Assembly: GCA_004022145.1 (NCBI GenBank)
Contig: RCNU01000017.1
DNA length: 64,000 nucleotides
Direction: 5' to 3' (one strand)
Source: Paecilomyces variotii
Taxonomy: Eukaryota
In this document: positions 61,580 to 64,000 of the stretch, one piece after another
Layout of the letters: every line of letters starts with the position of its first letter
Position numbering within the stretch: the stretch's first letter is position 1
Position numbers and translations under genes: made by a program
The notes under the pieces: model-generated
What the model was told of the DNA's origin: nothing
Seen by the model: only the letters and a program-made list of their open reading frames with translations
Databases searched by the model: none

Positions 61580-62674
61580 TCAACTCTCCAAACGGACAGA
61601 AACAGGCCCCATCTCCAAAAGCACTTCCTCTGTACGTTTGGGAGCCACATTAGAGGTGGGATTCTCAAGATCAACCCGACTGGAATCATGATTATCACGA
61701 GATAGAGATTCCATCTTCTTTTGTCTTGCTTCCCGCTTCTTTTCCATCGCTTCCTTCCTCCTTTGTCTCCTTTCCCTCTCCTTTGGTCCCGCTTCCTTTG
61801 TATTTTCTATCGTTTCCCAAACCGTCGTTACTAGAAGCACCAAACCCAAAAAGGCCGGAATAAGCTGTCCTGTCGAATCCAACCGATTGACACCTTGGAT
61901 TTGATTCCAAGCAATCATCATCTCTGCCCCGACAATCATCAAAATCAAATTTATAAGGCCGATACCGCCGAATAAAACTCGAAATGCTGTATCGATGGTT
62001 TCTTTGATCATGATGGCCTTGCTGAGATATCCATCGTCCTCCTCATCATCATCACCCACAGGCGTCTTATTCTTTCTCTTCCATACTTTATTCAGTATAG
62101 GATATCTCGCCCAGAGAAGATCCGGAATATGAAATATCCATATTACCAGAAACACAACTGAGCCCAAAACCGCAAATACCTTTCCTAGCGTGCGGAACCA
62201 GCCGAATAGATCGACTTTGGCGAAGAAGAATGCAGTTTGACCGAATCCAGACCCAGATCCAGACTCAGGAGGAAGACGAATCATCACATCCATCCCCGAC
62301 CAGAAATACCACATAATATACCCCATCATAGCGGTATAAATAACCACTCGAAGAATCGCTTCATTGATACCGCTTTTTATTTGGATGGCAAGTAGAATAA
62401 ACGGCCACGCGGCGCCGAATACGATGAATAAGACGATTAGGGGTTCTATAGCGTATACTTGGGGTCGGTGGAATGTGAAGAGGAGTAAGCCTGCGAAGTT
62501 GGCAATTAGGAATATGGTGTTTGAGGTGCGTATTGTTCGTGCGCTTCGTGTTCGTATTGTTGTGGCTAGGAATGTTGCAAGCCATTGGAGGTAAATTCCG
62601 AGACGGACGCCGAGGCCGTATGTGTCTGAGTCACCGGTGAATTTGGTTGTTGTTGTTGTGTTATTTGGAGTCAT
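61580..62674 (-). CDS. Hypothetical multi-pass membrane protein
   Basis: 364-aa intronless ORF with GDSDTYGLGVRLGIYLQW and EMMIAWNQIQGVNRLDSTGQLIP motifs and about 7-8 TM helices. Confidence 0.8.
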   Translation of the reverse strand: MTPNNTTTTTKFTGDSDTYGLGVRLGIYLQWLATFLATTIRTRSARTIRTSNTIFLIANFAGLLLFTFHRPQVYAIEPLIVLFIVFGAAWPFILLAIQIKSGINEAILRVVIYTAMMGYIMWYFWSGMDVMIRLPPESGSGSGFGQTAFFFAKVDLFGWFRTLGKVFAVLGSVVFLVIWIFHIPDLLWARYPILNKVWKRKNKTPVGDDDEEDDGYLSKAIMIKETIDTAFRVLFGGIGLINLILMIVGAEMMIAWNQIQGVNRLDSTGQLIPAFLGLVLLVTTVWETIENTKEAGPKERERRQRRKEAMEKKREARQKKMESLSRDNHDSSRVDLENPTSNVAPKRTEEVLLEMGPVSVRLES

Positions 62675-63784
62675 ATTTGGGGAAGAGATATAAAAGGATG
62701 AGGGGATATGTTAGATCAAGAGGGCAGGGTCTTTGATTTAAAATATTTGAGCCGAAAGAGGCTCAGCTTAGCTTCGTGCAATGATATAACTAGTAAGATC
62801 GTTTCCTTAAAGTAAGTAAGCAACTAGTTAAACAAACCTGCGCTAGCTAACTACGTGAATAATACCATCGTGGGGTCCAAAATGCCCTCTATCTACAGTA
62901 CTTCTTTTGGAGATGGAAGGTTCAGCCGTACTGAAGAGCGATCTGATCGCAGAGGATCGGTGGAGAGAATTAGTTACTTTGTCTGCTGTTTTTAATGCGT
63001 GTCCTCACACTATCTACGCCACTTTAGACTTATGTTGTCGGCCATTCGCCTGCTATATGCAGACTTAAGATTTATCCATTTAATGCCAATTTCATATTAT
63101 CATCGAAACTCTTGTTAACAGTAAACAACCGAGGTAATTCTACATGTAATGCAAGGCAGTCGTTTTGTCGCTTCTTGTATGTACATGCAAAAGGATATAT
63201 ATCTATTACATATCCTTTTCTTTAGATAGTAGACAATGGAGTCCTCGATAAAGTAGCTGGTATATTTTGCATTCTACAATCGTGTATATTATCTGGTCTA
63301 CTGTAGTGTAGGTGGGGATGGACCCCAGCACTGATACTGAGCAAATCAATTGGCAATAACTATGCAGCTAGGCGCTGGGTATACTTTTTGGGTTTATTTT
63401 GTTTTCTATAGATTCATTATACTCATTATGCCCGCAGAGCGAGACGGAGTATCTAGCAAGGATGGTCGTTGTTTGACCCATCCAAAAAGGTCAGATAATA
63501 GTATCAGCCAGACCGTGGCGTACTCTGCAGGTCGTCCCCTGGATATCGTCATGCACAGAGGCAACCTGCCACTGTAGTTTTCTGGACCGCCGCATAGCCA
63601 ACTCAGCAATATTCTGTTCAGGTTGCTGCTTTTTGAGCGTGTTTTCAATAAGCAAGAATATCAGACGCCGCGAGGCAACAAAGATTCTATGGTGGGCGGG
63701 ATTTTGCGGACCACTAGTTCGAAGAGTGGACACAGACAAAGGAGACCGGTTCTTTCGAATTAATTGGGAGTCGAAACGAAAGAA

Positions 63785-63939
63785 TCACACCTTGCTCTCC
63801 TGCCCGGTGAGAAGGGTGTAGACCGGTGCCGGGAGCTTCTCCCTTCCCTTGAGGAAGTCCAGCTCCATGATGAACACAAAGCCTAGGAGGGTAGCGCCCA
63901 TCTTCTTGACGAGATTTCCGGCGGCATATGCGGATCCAC
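63785..63939 (-). CDS. APT1: Adenine phosphoribosyltransferase, last exon (gene continues beyond the window)
   Basis: After ACTAAC..CTGCAG the exon reads GGSAYAAGNLVKKMGATLLGFVFIMELDFLKGREKLPAPVYTLLTGQESKV*, the end of the PRPP loop plus the APRT C-terminal ELxxLxG motif. Confidence 0.85.
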
Positions 63940-64000
63940 CTGCAGAACGAACAATGTTAGTTTAGTTTCTTTTTCTTTGGTCTATCCAGATATGCGGGGG

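Noticed and set aside
63785-63796. APT1 C-terminal SKV as a peroxisomal targeting signal
   Set aside because: It is a non-consensus PTS1 with no supporting context.
1-64000. CRISPR arrays, rRNA, snRNA/snoRNA or prokaryotic inserts
   Set aside because: I saw no repeat-spacer arrays, RNA signature motifs or operon-like segments by eye; a covariance-model scan would be needed to exclude snoRNAs.

Overview
Intron-rich filamentous-ascomycete DNA, most likely Eurotiales (Aspergillus/Penicillium-like; inferred from gene content and short GT..CTAAC..YAG introns). Bases 1-1960 are an AT-rich, RIP-degraded repeat block: the 3' end of a chromodomain Ty3/Gypsy element (integrase, chromodomain, PPT, 3' LTR) abutting a small foldback/MITE-like element. 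The rest is a gene-dense core region with about 21 protein genes: RPS0 head-to-head with mitochondrial S15, a disordered candidate nuclear-basket protein, DBP8, BOR1, BBP/SF1, a Ure2-class GST, a ferric reductase, an F-box-like protein, CLU1, a degenerate P-loop protein, an RTA1-like protein, somA, BET3 head-to-head with the U5-40K WD40 gene, an EDEM/Htm1 GH47 protein, several hypothetical proteins and the last exon of APT1. A decayed tRNA-Thr(CGT) is also present. The best lead is a 195-nt intron splitting the KH domain of BBP/SF1. It carries five CTAAC branchpoint-like motifs, a hairpin and competing 3' splice sites, and only the weak AAG acceptor gives a full protein, which suggests a splicing autoregulatory switch. 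Gene models were assembled by eye and no database searches were run.
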